A DNA stretch of 64,000 nucleotides from Candidatus Kapaibacterium sp. (GCA_046328995.1 JAXLVN010000001.1:542593-606592); one strand, 5' to 3'. Counted from the stretch's first letter, positions 1 to 9,416 are shown. The notes: generated from the letters alone by a model not told the origin. Numbers and translations are program-made.

Positions 1-786
1 ATTGGCTTCACTCAGTGCATCGACATCAATCAGTTGTGGGTTTTCAATTCCGTGTAATATCAGGTTCATAGCACCAATACGTATCATCGTCGGGTCAAAC
101 TCCATACCCATAAACATTGCATTCTGGAAATGTTCGTGGTGTGTGTCATTATACAAGTCTGTTTTGTAATGTTCTCGTATATATTCACTTACTGCTACAA
201 GGAAGCCGCATGTTCCCGAGCTTGGGTCACACATCACATCATCCAAGGTCGGCTCGACCATATCGACCATCATTCGAATTATATGCCGTGGAGTGCGGAA
301 TTGTCCATTTTGTCCGGCGCTTGCAATTTTGCTAAGCAGGTATTCATAGACATCGCCTTTCGTATCGCGGTCCACCATATCGACATTGGATATCATTTCC
401 ACGACTTGTGCCAGCAATCGTGGAGTAGGTATCATGAACGTGGCGCCTTTCATAAATTTAGAGAAAGCGGCACTACGATTACCGATATTCCTAAGAAAGT
501 CAAACACGCCATCATTTTTCGTGAAGGTGCGATGCATCACTTCGGGATCCATGTTTTTGAAGTAGCTCCAGCGCAGTTCATTTTCTTCGGGTTGATAGAT
601 GGGTTCTTCGATGGGTGTTTTCAGGAGGTTGGCTTTAGCTTCTTTCTGAATTTGCAATTCATCCAATCGCCGAATAAAGAGCAGGTAGGTCATTTGTTCG
701 ATCACGGTTATCGGATTGGACAGTCCACCTGTCCAAAACGCTTCCCATACTTTATCTATTTGAGATTTTAGTTCGCCTGTTATCAT
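1..786 (-). CDS. hsdM: Type I restriction-modification DNA methyltransferase subunit HsdM, N-terminal 262 codons (3' part lies beyond the left window edge)
   Basis: Absent from the ORF track because it runs off the edge. Reverse-strand ATG at 784-786. My translation MITGELKSQIDKVWEAFWTGGLSNPITVIEQMTYLLFIRRLDE... is the HsdM N-terminal domain signature. It continues to ...FRTPRHIIRMMVDMVEPTLDDVMCDPSSGTCGFLV (SAM-binding motif I) with no stop down to position 1. Track ORF 130..771(+) is its antisense shadow. Confidence 0.85.
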   Translation of the reverse strand, partial: MITGELKSQIDKVWEAFWTGGLSNPITVIEQMTYLLFIRRLDELQIQKEAKANLLKTPIEEPIYQPEENELRWSYFKNMDPEVMHRTFTKNDGVFDFLRNIGNRSAAFSKFMKGATFMIPTPRLLAQVVEMISNVDMVDRDTKGDVYEYLLSKIASAGQNGQFRTPRHIIRMMVDMVEPTLDDVMCDPSSGTCGFLVAVSEYIREHYKTDLYNDTHHEHFQNAMFMGMEFDPTMIRIGAMNLILHGIENPQLIDVDALSEAN

Positions 787-982
787 GGAGTTGTTGTGTG
801 TGTTGTGTATAGTGTGTGTTTGAATGTATTTCATTCCATCTAGTTTATATAACTAATCGCAGTTACTCTCTTAAGTAAGTTAACCATCACTCAAAGTTTT
901 CCTATCAAAAATTATATTCAATTGATGAGTTCAATATTAGTTTGTATCAAGTTGCTAAAGTAACACAGGATGCAGGATTAGT

Positions 983-1882
983 TTAATTGACCAAGTCTTC
1001 CCATTTCTCTCCTAATTCGAATCCCTCGACTGTATTCTTTATATAATCAATTGCCATTTCTTCACAATTTCTTGTACTGAAATATTGAATCGTTCCTTTA
1101 ATTATTAACTTCATATATTCAAAATAATGTATTCCATAGTCATAATGATTAAGAGCTTTCCATAAGTTAACAGCAGGGACAAAGAGTTTTGAAAAATCTC
1201 CAATTTCCAATTTAGGGTCGTTTTGGTCATGATATATTGATGAAGTCCAATAAATCTCATATAACTCACCCAGCTTTATTGTACCAATATATTTATCTTT
1301 TATTTTTACAGATAATTGATCAACAAATTTACTATTACAAATTAACCTGGGTCCTTTATAGGGTTTCTCTAGACCAATTGCTTCAATTACTGCTTTTCCT
1401 ATTAAATTAGCCGACTGAATCAATTCACCATTTACTATCGAAGAGTTTTCTGTAACATAAGCTTCTCCAAAACTTACTCCACCTCTGAACAAAACTGGGT
1501 AATGTTCAACTGTTTTTCTTTCATTTGGTGCTCCTCCTAAATTCGGAATAGAAACTTCAAGCAGATTTAAATGGCTGACTGGATTTCTGTATTGTTCCGA
1601 ATTAATTAAAAACGAATCAGAGAGAAGATGTGACACTTGCTCAACAAATCTATTTGGATCTTTTGAAGTAATAAAAATTGAATCACTACAAGGTAGAAAT
1701 GTTTCAAAACTATCTATACATAATTTTATGTTCTTATCTAATAATTGAGGATGATAAGTTTGATCATGTATTTTATTTTTTATTATTTCATTGTAGTCCG
1801 ATAAAAGCTCACTTGCACCACTAATATCTTTTTTTACATAATTTTTGAAGCCTAATAAGTCTAAAAATGCTACAGTTTTCAT
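983..1882 (-). CDS. Hypothetical protein with an ordered series of class III nucleotidyl-cyclase / GGDEF-palm-like motifs (function unknown)
   Basis: 299-aa ORF, very AT-rich, 197 bp upstream of hsdM on the same strand. Motifs in order: AFLDLLGFKNY (cf. FxD[IV]xGFT), LPCSDSIFITS (cf. GDA/GDS second Asp), LFRGGVSFGEAYV (cf. R[IV]G[IV]HxG), NLIGKAVIEAIGLEK..RLICNSKF (cf. GxxVNxAARLE...IxVS). Recognised by eye only. Confidence 0.35.
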   Translation of the reverse strand: MKTVAFLDLLGFKNYVKKDISGASELLSDYNEIIKNKIHDQTYHPQLLDKNIKLCIDSFETFLPCSDSIFITSKDPNRFVEQVSHLLSDSFLINSEQYRNPVSHLNLLEVSIPNLGGAPNERKTVEHYPVLFRGGVSFGEAYVTENSSIVNGELIQSANLIGKAVIEAIGLEKPYKGPRLICNSKFVDQLSVKIKDKYIGTIKLGELYEIYWTSSIYHDQNDPKLEIGDFSKLFVPAVNLWKALNHYDYGIHYFEYMKLIIKGTIQYFSTRNCEEMAIDYIKNTVEGFELGEKWEDLVN

Positions 1883-2228
1883 AGAATATAAAGATTTTTA
1901 TAAAAATGTTTACTATCTTAATTCAGTCGGGTCAATAGATACAACTAATCGTAAATAGTTGCCTGAAAATTTACTTGTGATATTTTACACTTCTTTTCAA
2001 GTTTATGCATTCAGAGTTGTATTTAATCTCCCTTGGCACAAAAGCTGATTATAAACAGTCTAACTCCACAATCAAGCTAACATTTCATAGGTAGATATTT
2101 ACGACCACTAGTAATAACTTTCCGGTCGGAAAAGTCCAGATATGCTGCTTGAAAATCGAATATCCATACTTTTGTTTATCGGCGGACATTGCACAAATAA
2201 CTTAATTTAAATTCAATGAGTTACCATT

Positions 2229-2546
2229 CTAATTGTTATCATCTTTCTCCTCCTCACTTTCCCACATCTCCCTATACGCCTCAATATATCCGACAGTAGC
2301 AACAAGATTAATCGTAAAATAATAGCGGCAGAGCTTTTTGTAGAGGTCGAGCATTTCAGGAGAAAAGCAGTAACTCAGCATCCAATCGAGAGTATGCTCG
2401 ATATGCTTTTCATTTTGATCCGAGGTTAGGATAATCTGCTCAACAATCGGAGTATAAATACTGACTGCTTGCTCGCCTATTCCCGATAATTGGGAAACAA
2501 GCTCTCTCATAGGATTGAGTATGTCCTCAGGTAATGGTTGTTCCAT
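2229..2546 (-). CDS. Hypothetical small protein with an acidic C-terminus
   Basis: 105-aa ORF on the same strand as its neighbours. No recognisable domain. C-terminal ESEEEKDDNN tail. Confidence 0.4.
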   Translation of the reverse strand: MEQPLPEDILNPMRELVSQLSGIGEQAVSIYTPIVEQIILTSDQNEKHIEHTLDWMLSYCFSPEMLDLYKKLCRYYFTINLVATVGYIEAYREMWESEEEKDDNN

Positions 2547-2634
2547 GGAGAATCACTTTCATGTATTCTACCTCGTCGGGAGGCAGCGCATTATGAAATC
2601 AGGATGTAAGTCTAAGCAACGGATAAAGAAACGT

Positions 2635-2660
2635 GATTGATTCCTCGCTTGGAATCAATC
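2635..2660. repeat. Perfect 10-bp inverted repeat (stem-loop)
   Basis: GATTGATTCC (2635-2644), loop TCGCTT, GGAATCAATC (2651-2660). No adjacent U-tract on either strand. Confidence 0.6.
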
Positions 2661-2839
2661 TTCCTGTGTGCGGAAGTAGTACTAGAGATATCGGAAGTAG
2701 TCCGGCAGCGTATCAATTTCATCATACAAAATCCTGCGAATAAAGGTTAGGATTAAGGGGTGTCAGCGTTTGTTTCTTGCAAGATACGGAGTTTTGATGA
2801 GTGGTGCAAGAGAGGGTGTGGGATTTTCTTCCGAGAGTT

Positions 2840-3228
2840 CAACGGAATAAATTCCGTTGCTACAATTTGCTACGTTCCTACCGGAACTCCACAATGTTGA
2901 AAAAATGTCGCAGACGTTTCAAAACAAAAGAGAGCCGGCGGCTCGACCAAATTGTAGGGCTGGATTTCAATCCGGTCCATCCGGTCGTGTATTTCATTGA
3001 GAGCATCACTCGGAAGAGATACTCTCAAAGAAGAATCATTCAACGGATTACAATCCGTTGCTGCAATTTGCTACGTTCCTACCGGAACTCCACAACGTTG
3101 TAAAAATGTCGCAGACGTTTCAAAACAAAAGAGAGCCGGCGGTTCGACCAAATTGTAGGGCTGGATTTCAATCCGGTCCATCCGGTCGTGCATTTCATTG
3201 AGAGCATCACTCGGAAGTGATACTCTCA
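2840..3228. repeat. Two tandem copies of a 201-bp structured intergenic repeat
   Basis: Copy 1 starts at 2840 and copy 2 at 3041, nearly identical. Each opens with a 9-bp hairpin: CAACGGAAT-aa-ATTCCGTTG versus CAACGGATT-ac-AATCCGTTG (a compensated change). ORFs 2801..3103(+) and 3071..3280(-) are translations of this repeat. Confidence 0.85.
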
Positions 3229-3251
3229 GGCGGTACAGTAGGATAATGCTG

Positions 3252-4487
3252 TTATCGTGCTCTATTCTTGATAATGACATCCACTCGATAGACCAATGCG
3301 ATGGTTACCACCATAATGCCGGTCGCTATCATTGCCAGTGTATCGAAATGTTCGAGCGGGGAGAAATTATCTTTCTGCACTATAATCACCCCGGCGAGCA
3401 TTGCGCCGAATCCTCCGGCCATTTGTTGTAATGAAGAATTGATACTCATGAATGCTCCCCTGTCTTCCGGTGCCGGAATAGCAGAGGTGAGAGCCGTGGA
3501 GGGCACCATCCTGCTCATAATCGTCATCATCATCAGGATGTTGGTCAGGAGTACCAGTCCGAAGGGAGTGTTCGATAAATGCGCATACACGTTGATCACC
3601 ACGACTGCCGAGAGCGTTGCTGCGGTGAAGAGTTTGAATTTATCGATCCTGTCACTCAGCTTCCCGATGATCGGCATCGACACGAGAGTCGCGACACCGG
3701 ATGCCATGAAGAGGAACGGAAGTTGCTCGGGAGTGAGCTTTAAATTATTGATGGCAAATGCACTGCCGAAAGGCATCATCATAAATCCTCCGATGGAGAG
3801 CAGTGCCGTGGCGAGAAAACCTATCCTGTAGTTCTTCTGCGATACCGTGTGGAACAAATGCCGCACCGGTGAGCGCGATTGCTGCAGGTGTAAATGTCCC
3901 GCAATCGGCTTCAGTTTGACGAATAAGAGCAGTGATAAGAGTCCGGCGAGCACGGCTATTCCCCAAAATGGCACTTGCCAACCGTAGGCATTGGCAAAAT
4001 ATAAACCGATCGGTATTCCCAATACCTGACTCACGCCGAATCCCATCTGTACGAATCCCATGACCTTGCCGCGCTGCTGCAGTACGAAGTGATCGGCGAC
4101 AATTGCCATGGAAATCGATCCTATGACGCCACCGAAAACGCCGGTGAAGATTCGTGCTGCTACAAGTAAGGGATACGAACCCGCGAGCGCGCAGAACATC
4201 GTGCCGATAGTAAAGCCGATGTAAAAGAATAGTAAGAGTTTTTTTCGGTCAAACTTATCGGCAAATCCTGCCGTGAGGAGTCCGGAGAGCCCCGCGCTGA
4301 AAGCATAGGCACTGACCGCCACGCCAAATTGCGATGCAGTGATGTGGAGCGTTTTCATCATAATATCGCCGAGAGGTGACATCACCATGAAGTCGAGTAC
4401 GACGGTAAAGAGCGTCATTGCCAGCACGGCTATGACAAATTTTTGGTATCCGGTAAAGGTAGTGGCTTCTTGTTCAATCGGTTTCAT
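3252..4487 (-). CDS. MFS transporter (drug/proton antiporter-like)
   Basis: About 12 predicted hydrophobic helices and an MFS-type layout. ATG at 4487 is preferred over TTG at 4511 because it leaves a 5-nt gap after the upstream ORF stop (4493). Confidence 0.8.
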   Translation of the reverse strand: MKPIEQEATTFTGYQKFVIAVLAMTLFTVVLDFMVMSPLGDIMMKTLHITASQFGVAVSAYAFSAGLSGLLTAGFADKFDRKKLLLFFYIGFTIGTMFCALAGSYPLLVAARIFTGVFGGVIGSISMAIVADHFVLQQRGKVMGFVQMGFGVSQVLGIPIGLYFANAYGWQVPFWGIAVLAGLLSLLLFVKLKPIAGHLHLQQSRSPVRHLFHTVSQKNYRIGFLATALLSIGGFMMMPFGSAFAINNLKLTPEQLPFLFMASGVATLVSMPIIGKLSDRIDKFKLFTAATLSAVVVINVYAHLSNTPFGLVLLTNILMMMTIMSRMVPSTALTSAIPAPEDRGAFMSINSSLQQMAGGFGAMLAGVIIVQKDNFSPLEHFDTLAMIATGIMVVTIALVYRVDVIIKNRAR

Positions 4488-4492
4488 AAGGG

Positions 4493-4720
4493 TTATTCGA
4501 GTTCGGTACAATGATAGTTATGGTTGGTTATAAGTGTAATGACATCGCCGGCAGATAAATCGTTCGTGACCACACGCAGCACGCAATCTCTATCCTGCTG
4601 ATCAATAGTCCAGGAGAGAATGGCGCTGTGTGTATCAAGCGAAGGATGAATCTGCGCTTTGTCGTGTGCTGTTTTGATATTAGTGGCAAACACCAATATA
4701 TTATCGAGGTTATCTTCCAT
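4493..4720 (-). CDS. Small HMA-fold-like protein lacking the CxxC metal site
   Basis: 75 aa. The pattern F-x-TNI...P-x-LD...I-x-W-x-ID...VLRV..LSAGDVI mirrors small Bacteroidota HMA-domain proteins. Sits between the TetR and MFS genes in one operon. Confidence 0.35.
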   Translation of the reverse strand: MEDNLDNILVFATNIKTAHDKAQIHPSLDTHSAILSWTIDQQDRDCVLRVVTNDLSAGDVITLITNHNYHCTELE

Positions 4721-4735
4721 AGAGTATGCTCGCTG

Positions 4736-5326
4736 TTAGGGTGTTAAGGATTTAAGAACCAAGCGGAGAGTTTCTTCCTGAATATCTTTCGTGAGTGTAA
4801 AGGGTGCGCCGCCCATGCTTTTGCCTTTGACATGAAATCGCAGCAAGGCATACAATGGTCCATAGGCAATACTCCAAAACACATCTTTCGAGACCGGTAT
4901 CATTTCGTTACGCTGTTGCGCAGTATGGAAAAACTCCGACATCACGGTCTTGAAATCTTTCATCGTTTCGTGCATGATATACTCACTGTAGATGGAGTTC
5001 TGCAGCACTTCCCAGCAGGCGACTTCATTCGTATGCTCCAGCATGAAATTTGCCCGATTCTCCCATTGCTTGCGCAGACCATCTTCGAAATGCATATCCG
5101 GCGTGAAGTCTTTCATCATCGCACCGAAGAAATTCTTCCCGATTTCCACGGCGATTTTCTTGATGAGGTCTTCTTTGTCCCGATAATATATGTATAAGGT
5201 TGCCACCGACACGCCGCATTCCTTGGCAAGCTGATTCATTCCGAATCCCTCAATGCCGAGGCGCACAAGCATTTCAATCGCTTTTTGCTTGACAAGTTCT
5301 TCTTTAATTGTATTTCTCGTTCGCAT
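4736..5326 (-). CDS. TetR/AcrR family transcriptional regulator
   Basis: N-terminal HTH (FGMNQLAKECGVSVATLYIYYRDKEDL) and a size of 196 aa. Heads the HMA-like/MFS operon. Confidence 0.85.
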   Translation of the reverse strand: MRTRNTIKEELVKQKAIEMLVRLGIEGFGMNQLAKECGVSVATLYIYYRDKEDLIKKIAVEIGKNFFGAMMKDFTPDMHFEDGLRKQWENRANFMLEHTNEVACWEVLQNSIYSEYIMHETMKDFKTVMSEFFHTAQQRNEMIPVSKDVFWSIAYGPLYALLRFHVKGKSMGGAPFTLTKDIQEETLRLVLKSLTP

Positions 5327-5866
5327 TGCCTTCCCTTCTTCAAGTATTGAACATCAATTGCACTGCAAATATACATATAATAAATGAGCGTTCGCTTACT
5401 TTTAACGTTATAAATTGATAATAGTGAGTAATTTTTCTCTGCTGGCGATGCTTTTACGACGAGCTACATTGCAGGTAATACATTGCAGTGCAATAGGTTG
5501 TTGGTAATCGGAGGGTGAGCGAAGGAGTCACGAAAATTAGGACAGCTTTTTCCGTGCGTTGGGTATGTGGTGCCAATAGTCCCGTAGGGACGCTCTATCG
5601 GTAGTAAACGAGATTCTGCTATGACCCAAAGTCCCGCAGGGACGACATGTCACGACTATACCGTTCCGTCCCTACCGGACTTACTCGTGCACCCGCCAAC
5701 ATGTCCTACCGATATGTCATCGCTACTGCGATGGAGGACGTCGATGAGTCGGTAGCTACTCAACCACAAAGATTGTCAGAGAACAGTTTATTTTTATCTA
5801 CCGAAGCAGCATCAAGAGTATTGGGTACCCTTCCCTTTTCACCCTTTCACCACTTGCTTGGGTTTG

Positions 5867-7093
5867 CTACGAAGTCATCACAAGTTCTGCCAGCTTTGGT
5901 GCTACCTGCCAGGTGTTCATTTCCTCGCGAACTTTCTTCTCGTAGTCAGAGCCGGGAACGGTAGGATTCTTCTCGGCTTTAATCATAATGTTTTTGAGGG
6001 TATGTTCGGGCGAGATGAACTCCATCAGATGCGCTGCATATCCTTTCGATGCCAGAATATCTCGTCGCATCGAGTCGGTGAGCATATCGGCAAACCGTTC
6101 GCGGGTGATACCGTCGGTGAGCAGTAAGCGCACGGACTCCGGCGCAGTTGCGGGCTTCAGACGTTCATTGACATAATGATGGCAGCACGGTGCCGACAAG
6201 ATAGCTGTTGCCTTGCTGCCAATTCCAAGCGCGAGGGCATCATCGGTCGCAGTGTCGCAGGCATGAAGCGCGATTAAAATGTCAAGTTCGGTTGGTGGTG
6301 GAATGGAATTAATCAGACCACACGTAAAGGACATTCCATCATACTCAAGTGTACGGGCAGTGCGCGTGCAGAAGGATATGACATGTTGATTAGAGTCTAT
6401 GCCGTGCAGCTTGACATTCAATCCGCGAAGGTTCGTCAGCCAGTGGTAGAGGGCAAAGCTGAGATATGCTTTCCCGCACCCGCAGTCGATCACGTTGAGA
6501 ACGTCGGGAGGTGTTTTGAGTACGTCGAGCGTGGAAGCGATTGTCAGGAAATGATTGATTTGTTTGAACTTCGCCTGCATGCTCGGCACCACATTCCCCT
6601 TGCTGTCGAGGATGGATAATGCTTCAAGCAAATCGAGCGAGTTTTGTGGGTTAATGATGTAGTTTTTCTGTTCATCATGGGTAATCGACTCCCATTGTTT
6701 CTTCGACGGCGGCGTGGATTTCACGGATAATTGTCTGCCTTTGCCACCGGCGGCACGGCAATAGAGATCGCCGTTTGGTGATTGAAGATGCGCCTGACCG
6801 AAGGGTTCGCGGAGGACAAGCGCTACCGCATCATAACACGACAGTTCGAGCGGCAAGGTTTTGGTAAAATGTTGTTTCTGTGTATACGCAGATATCTGAA
6901 AGCGGAATTCACCACGGAGAATAATGGTTTTGAGGGTAATTTTCTGCGGCATTTCGGGGAGATTGAGGAGTTCGGTTACGCCGTTTTCCGGTCCGGGAGT
7001 ACCATAGTCCCGTTGACTGACTGTGAGATTACAACGAAGATGTTCATCCGTTTTGATACAATTAACAAGGCGTTGTGTAGCTTCTGTGAGCAT
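5867..7093 (-). CDS. Class I SAM-dependent methyltransferase
   Basis: 408 aa with a motif I-like VIDCGCGKAYLSFALY and downstream acidic-loop motifs. Substrate unknown. Confidence 0.65.
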   Translation of the reverse strand: MLTEATQRLVNCIKTDEHLRCNLTVSQRDYGTPGPENGVTELLNLPEMPQKITLKTIILRGEFRFQISAYTQKQHFTKTLPLELSCYDAVALVLREPFGQAHLQSPNGDLYCRAAGGKGRQLSVKSTPPSKKQWESITHDEQKNYIINPQNSLDLLEALSILDSKGNVVPSMQAKFKQINHFLTIASTLDVLKTPPDVLNVIDCGCGKAYLSFALYHWLTNLRGLNVKLHGIDSNQHVISFCTRTARTLEYDGMSFTCGLINSIPPPTELDILIALHACDTATDDALALGIGSKATAILSAPCCHHYVNERLKPATAPESVRLLLTDGITRERFADMLTDSMRRDILASKGYAAHLMEFISPEHTLKNIMIKAEKNPTVPGSDYEKKVREEMNTWQVAPKLAELVMTS

Positions 7094-7433
7094 AGTTTTG
7101 GAGAATAATGAACGAATTTTCTACAAAAATGGTCAAAAATTGGGTACTATACGTTGTTACGGTGAATTTTAACGCAAAGACAAAGTGGCGCGGAGAGTTC
7201 TCTGCGACCTTTGCGGCTTTGCGTTAAAAAGTCACACGCTGAATTCCTGATACGTTATCAGCGAGAATCATAAGGAATCATAAAAAATCAGCGGGCCATT
7301 CCTCAGCAAGTTCAGTTATAACGTAAAGACGCAGAGGATATGCCGCAACGTTCGCAGAGGTAGATTGGTGGGTTTGGGAATATTATCCTATTTTCGCGGA
7401 AATTACTTCAATCATAAAAATTCATACAAACAC

Positions 7434-8024
7434 ATGGACACACAATCTCTCACACGCTGCGGTTGGACCGGCGGGCGTGACCTTGATACACACTATCATG
7501 ATCTCGAGTGGGGCGTTCCCCTGCATGATGATCGCAAGCATTTTGAATTTATAATATTAGACGGTTTTCAGGCCGGACTCAGTTGGGCGACGATTCTCAA
7601 GAAACGGGAGAATTTCAGGCGTGCTTTTGATGATTTTGATGTCGAAAAAGTAGCAAATTACGGTGAGGAAAAGCTCGCTGACCTCATGCAGGACGCCGGC
7701 ATTATCCGCAACAAACTCAAAATCCATTCAGCAGTCCGCAATGCGCGAGCGTTTATTGAAGTCCAGAAGGAATTTGGTTCTTTTGACACCTATATCTGGC
7801 AATTCACCGGTGGAAAAACGATCGTCAATTCCTGGAAAACGATGAAAGAGATACCGGCGCGCACCCAAGAGTCGGATGCCATGAGCAAGGATTTACTCAA
7901 GCGCGGGTTTAAGTTTGTGGGTTCGACAATATGCTACGCATATATGCAGGCCGCAGGCATGGTCAATGATCATTTGGTGGGTTGTTTTCGGTATGAGGAG
8001 GTGCATTTCGGCTATGGGCAATGA
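7434..8024 (+). CDS. tag: DNA-3-methyladenine glycosylase I
   Basis: RCGWTGGRDLDTHYHDLEWGVPLHDDRKHFEFIILDGFQAGLSWATILKKRENFRRAF is the Tag signature. ATG at 7434 is preferred to the TTG at 7365 used by the track. Confidence 0.9.
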   Translation: MDTQSLTRCGWTGGRDLDTHYHDLEWGVPLHDDRKHFEFIILDGFQAGLSWATILKKRENFRRAFDDFDVEKVANYGEEKLADLMQDAGIIRNKLKIHSAVRNARAFIEVQKEFGSFDTYIWQFTGGKTIVNSWKTMKEIPARTQESDAMSKDLLKRGFKFVGSTICYAYMQAAGMVNDHLVGCFRYEEVHFGYGQ

Positions 8025-8200
8025 CCTTTTCTTTGAAACCTGTCCGTTTTAAGAAGAACGTACAGGTTGGGGAGGGATGGTTGTTGTTTTGTGCGTTGAG
8101 TCCATTATGCCCTTTGTGTCTCTTCTGTCGTTCGACTCTTCCTAAATAGATAAGCCGGTAAAAATACAATTATAATCTACGCGTAGGATGAAGTATATAT

Positions 8201-8620
8201 CTACAGAACCCATTCCGATATAGTCAATTCCTGGGAACCATGTTTCCAGATGACGGTACCAAGTTCTTGAAGTAGATGTCTATCTTCTTCAACCACTTTT
8301 GCAAAGATATTGCAGGCATCAATTCCTTTTCCTTCTCCATAATAAATGCCGAAGCAATTGGCGGTTTTGGTTCTGCTTGGTTTCGATGGTCCTACGACCA
8401 CTTCTCCCGGTTCAGTAAATACCGATGCATTTTCTTGAATGATATCAAGAGAGGGCACATTATCTATCCATATTTCCTGACCGGACATGCGAGCGTGGTA
8501 GAACGTTCTGGTAAACGGCAGAATGGCAAGGAATGCAGCTGACGTCACCGGTGCAGTCTCTCTGTAGAGTTCGAACCGAATTTTCAGTCCGTCTTGTGTT
8601 GTGAGTACAAATCCGTTCAT
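8201..8620 (-). CDS. Cyclophilin-like fold protein (DUF3830-like)
   Basis: 139 aa. The overall pattern (LYRETAPVTSAAF..., GEVVVGP) recalls DUF3830. Recognised from memory only. Confidence 0.4.
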   Translation of the reverse strand: MNGFVLTTQDGLKIRFELYRETAPVTSAAFLAILPFTRTFYHARMSGQEIWIDNVPSLDIIQENASVFTEPGEVVVGPSKPSRTKTANCFGIYYGEGKGIDACNIFAKVVEEDRHLLQELGTVIWKHGSQELTISEWVL

Positions 8621-8671
8621 AGTTTTTTATGTTGAGGGTTCCAATAGTTGAGTAGAAACTCTTGGTAAGAT

Positions 8672-9166
8672 TTAATTCACTTGTATTTTGCCATTCGTAA
8701 TCGTAAAACTGTATAATTCTGAAACATCAACCGGCGTTCCATTGATTTTTCCGGGTGTCCAACGCTTTAATTCTGCAAACACTGCAACGATTTGACTATC
8801 CAATTCTGCACTTTTCGTTTTAATATCAATTTGACACCGTACGAGCTCACCCTTGCAGTTAATAATTAAATTAACCATACCCTTATCTTCATAATTTGGT
8901 TTATCGTTAAGGAACTTTACCCTGGAATTCAGTTCTTGCATAATTTCTTCCTTGGTTTTAGGTGCTTTTGCTGTCTCTTGTGCATTACCCGGGAACGGTA
9001 GAATTGCAATTACATTTTCATTGTCACAAACACCCGGTATGGGTTCTTTTACTTCAAGTCGTGCGACAAAGTTACCGATGCTGCTTTTTTGGGGGGTGGC
9101 ACAAGAACTCAGTATTCCAACACCGAGTAAACCGATCAGATTCATTGTAAGTATGTTGTTTTTCAT
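8672..9166 (-). CDS. Hypothetical lipoprotein
   Basis: 164 aa with a signal peptide and lipobox (GILSSC). No confident domain. Confidence 0.5.
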   Translation of the reverse strand: MKNNILTMNLIGLLGVGILSSCATPQKSSIGNFVARLEVKEPIPGVCDNENVIAILPFPGNAQETAKAPKTKEEIMQELNSRVKFLNDKPNYEDKGMVNLIINCKGELVRCQIDIKTKSAELDSQIVAVFAELKRWTPGKINGTPVDVSELYSFTITNGKIQVN

Positions 9167-9416
9167 ATTTGTATAAAGTTATGTATAAGTATAATTTGAT
9201 TGATTTCTGTTTCGATGATTATAAATGATTTTGCTTTATGAACGGTTAGTCCTAAGAGCTGACTGTAATGATGTACCAATATGGCGTCTGCAAGAATATC
9301 GTGCAGTCATACCGTATAGAAAGTTTTAGGATTTACCTTCTAACCGGATGTTGGATACAAAGTATGGATGAGCAAAAAACATAACAACGGTAATAAGGTT
9401 TTATCTATGCGTTCCA

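Noticed and set aside
130-771. 213-aa plus-strand ORF from the track
   Set aside because: It is the antisense shadow of hsdM. The minus strand translates to an unmistakable HsdM N-terminus and SAM-binding motif. The plus-strand product is low-complexity with no family resemblance.
1990-2030. Possible inverted-orientation fragment of the junction repeat (CTTTTCAAGTTTATGCATTCAGAGTTGTATTTAATC)
   Set aside because: The similarity is patchy, the orientation is opposite to all other copies and no hairpin modules are present. It is likely chance similarity in AT-rich DNA.
983-2546. Declaring 983..1882 plus 2229..2546 a Pycsar/CBASS-type defence system
   Set aside because: No cyclic-nucleotide-binding, TIR, TM-pore, nuclease or other effector domain is recognisable. 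The cyclase resemblance rests on motif inspection only. It is kept as a hypothesis in the findings, not as an annotation.
2801-3280. ORFs 2801..3103(+), 3071..3280(-) and 3198..3431(+)
   Set aside because: They are translations of the 201-bp tandem repeat or the antisense of the MFS gene end. The duplicated peptide (CYNLLRSYRNST..) simply mirrors the DNA repeat.
3301-3831. 176-aa plus-strand ORF
   Set aside because: It lies entirely antisense within the MFS transporter gene. Its hydrophobic mirror-image composition is typical of shadow ORFs.
5647-6127. ORFs 5647..5964(+) and 5858..6127(+)
   Set aside because: The first spans the REP-hairpin spacer. The second is antisense to the well-supported methyltransferase gene. 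Neither has any domain resemblance.
9255-9320. Possible additional short or decayed copy of the cassette-junction repeat (GCTGACTGTAATGATGTACC...CTGCAAGAATATCGTGCAG)
   Set aside because: Only about 15 nt resemble the GTAAATACTTAC region, plus an unrelated 5-bp hairpin. This is too weak to call without a statistical model.
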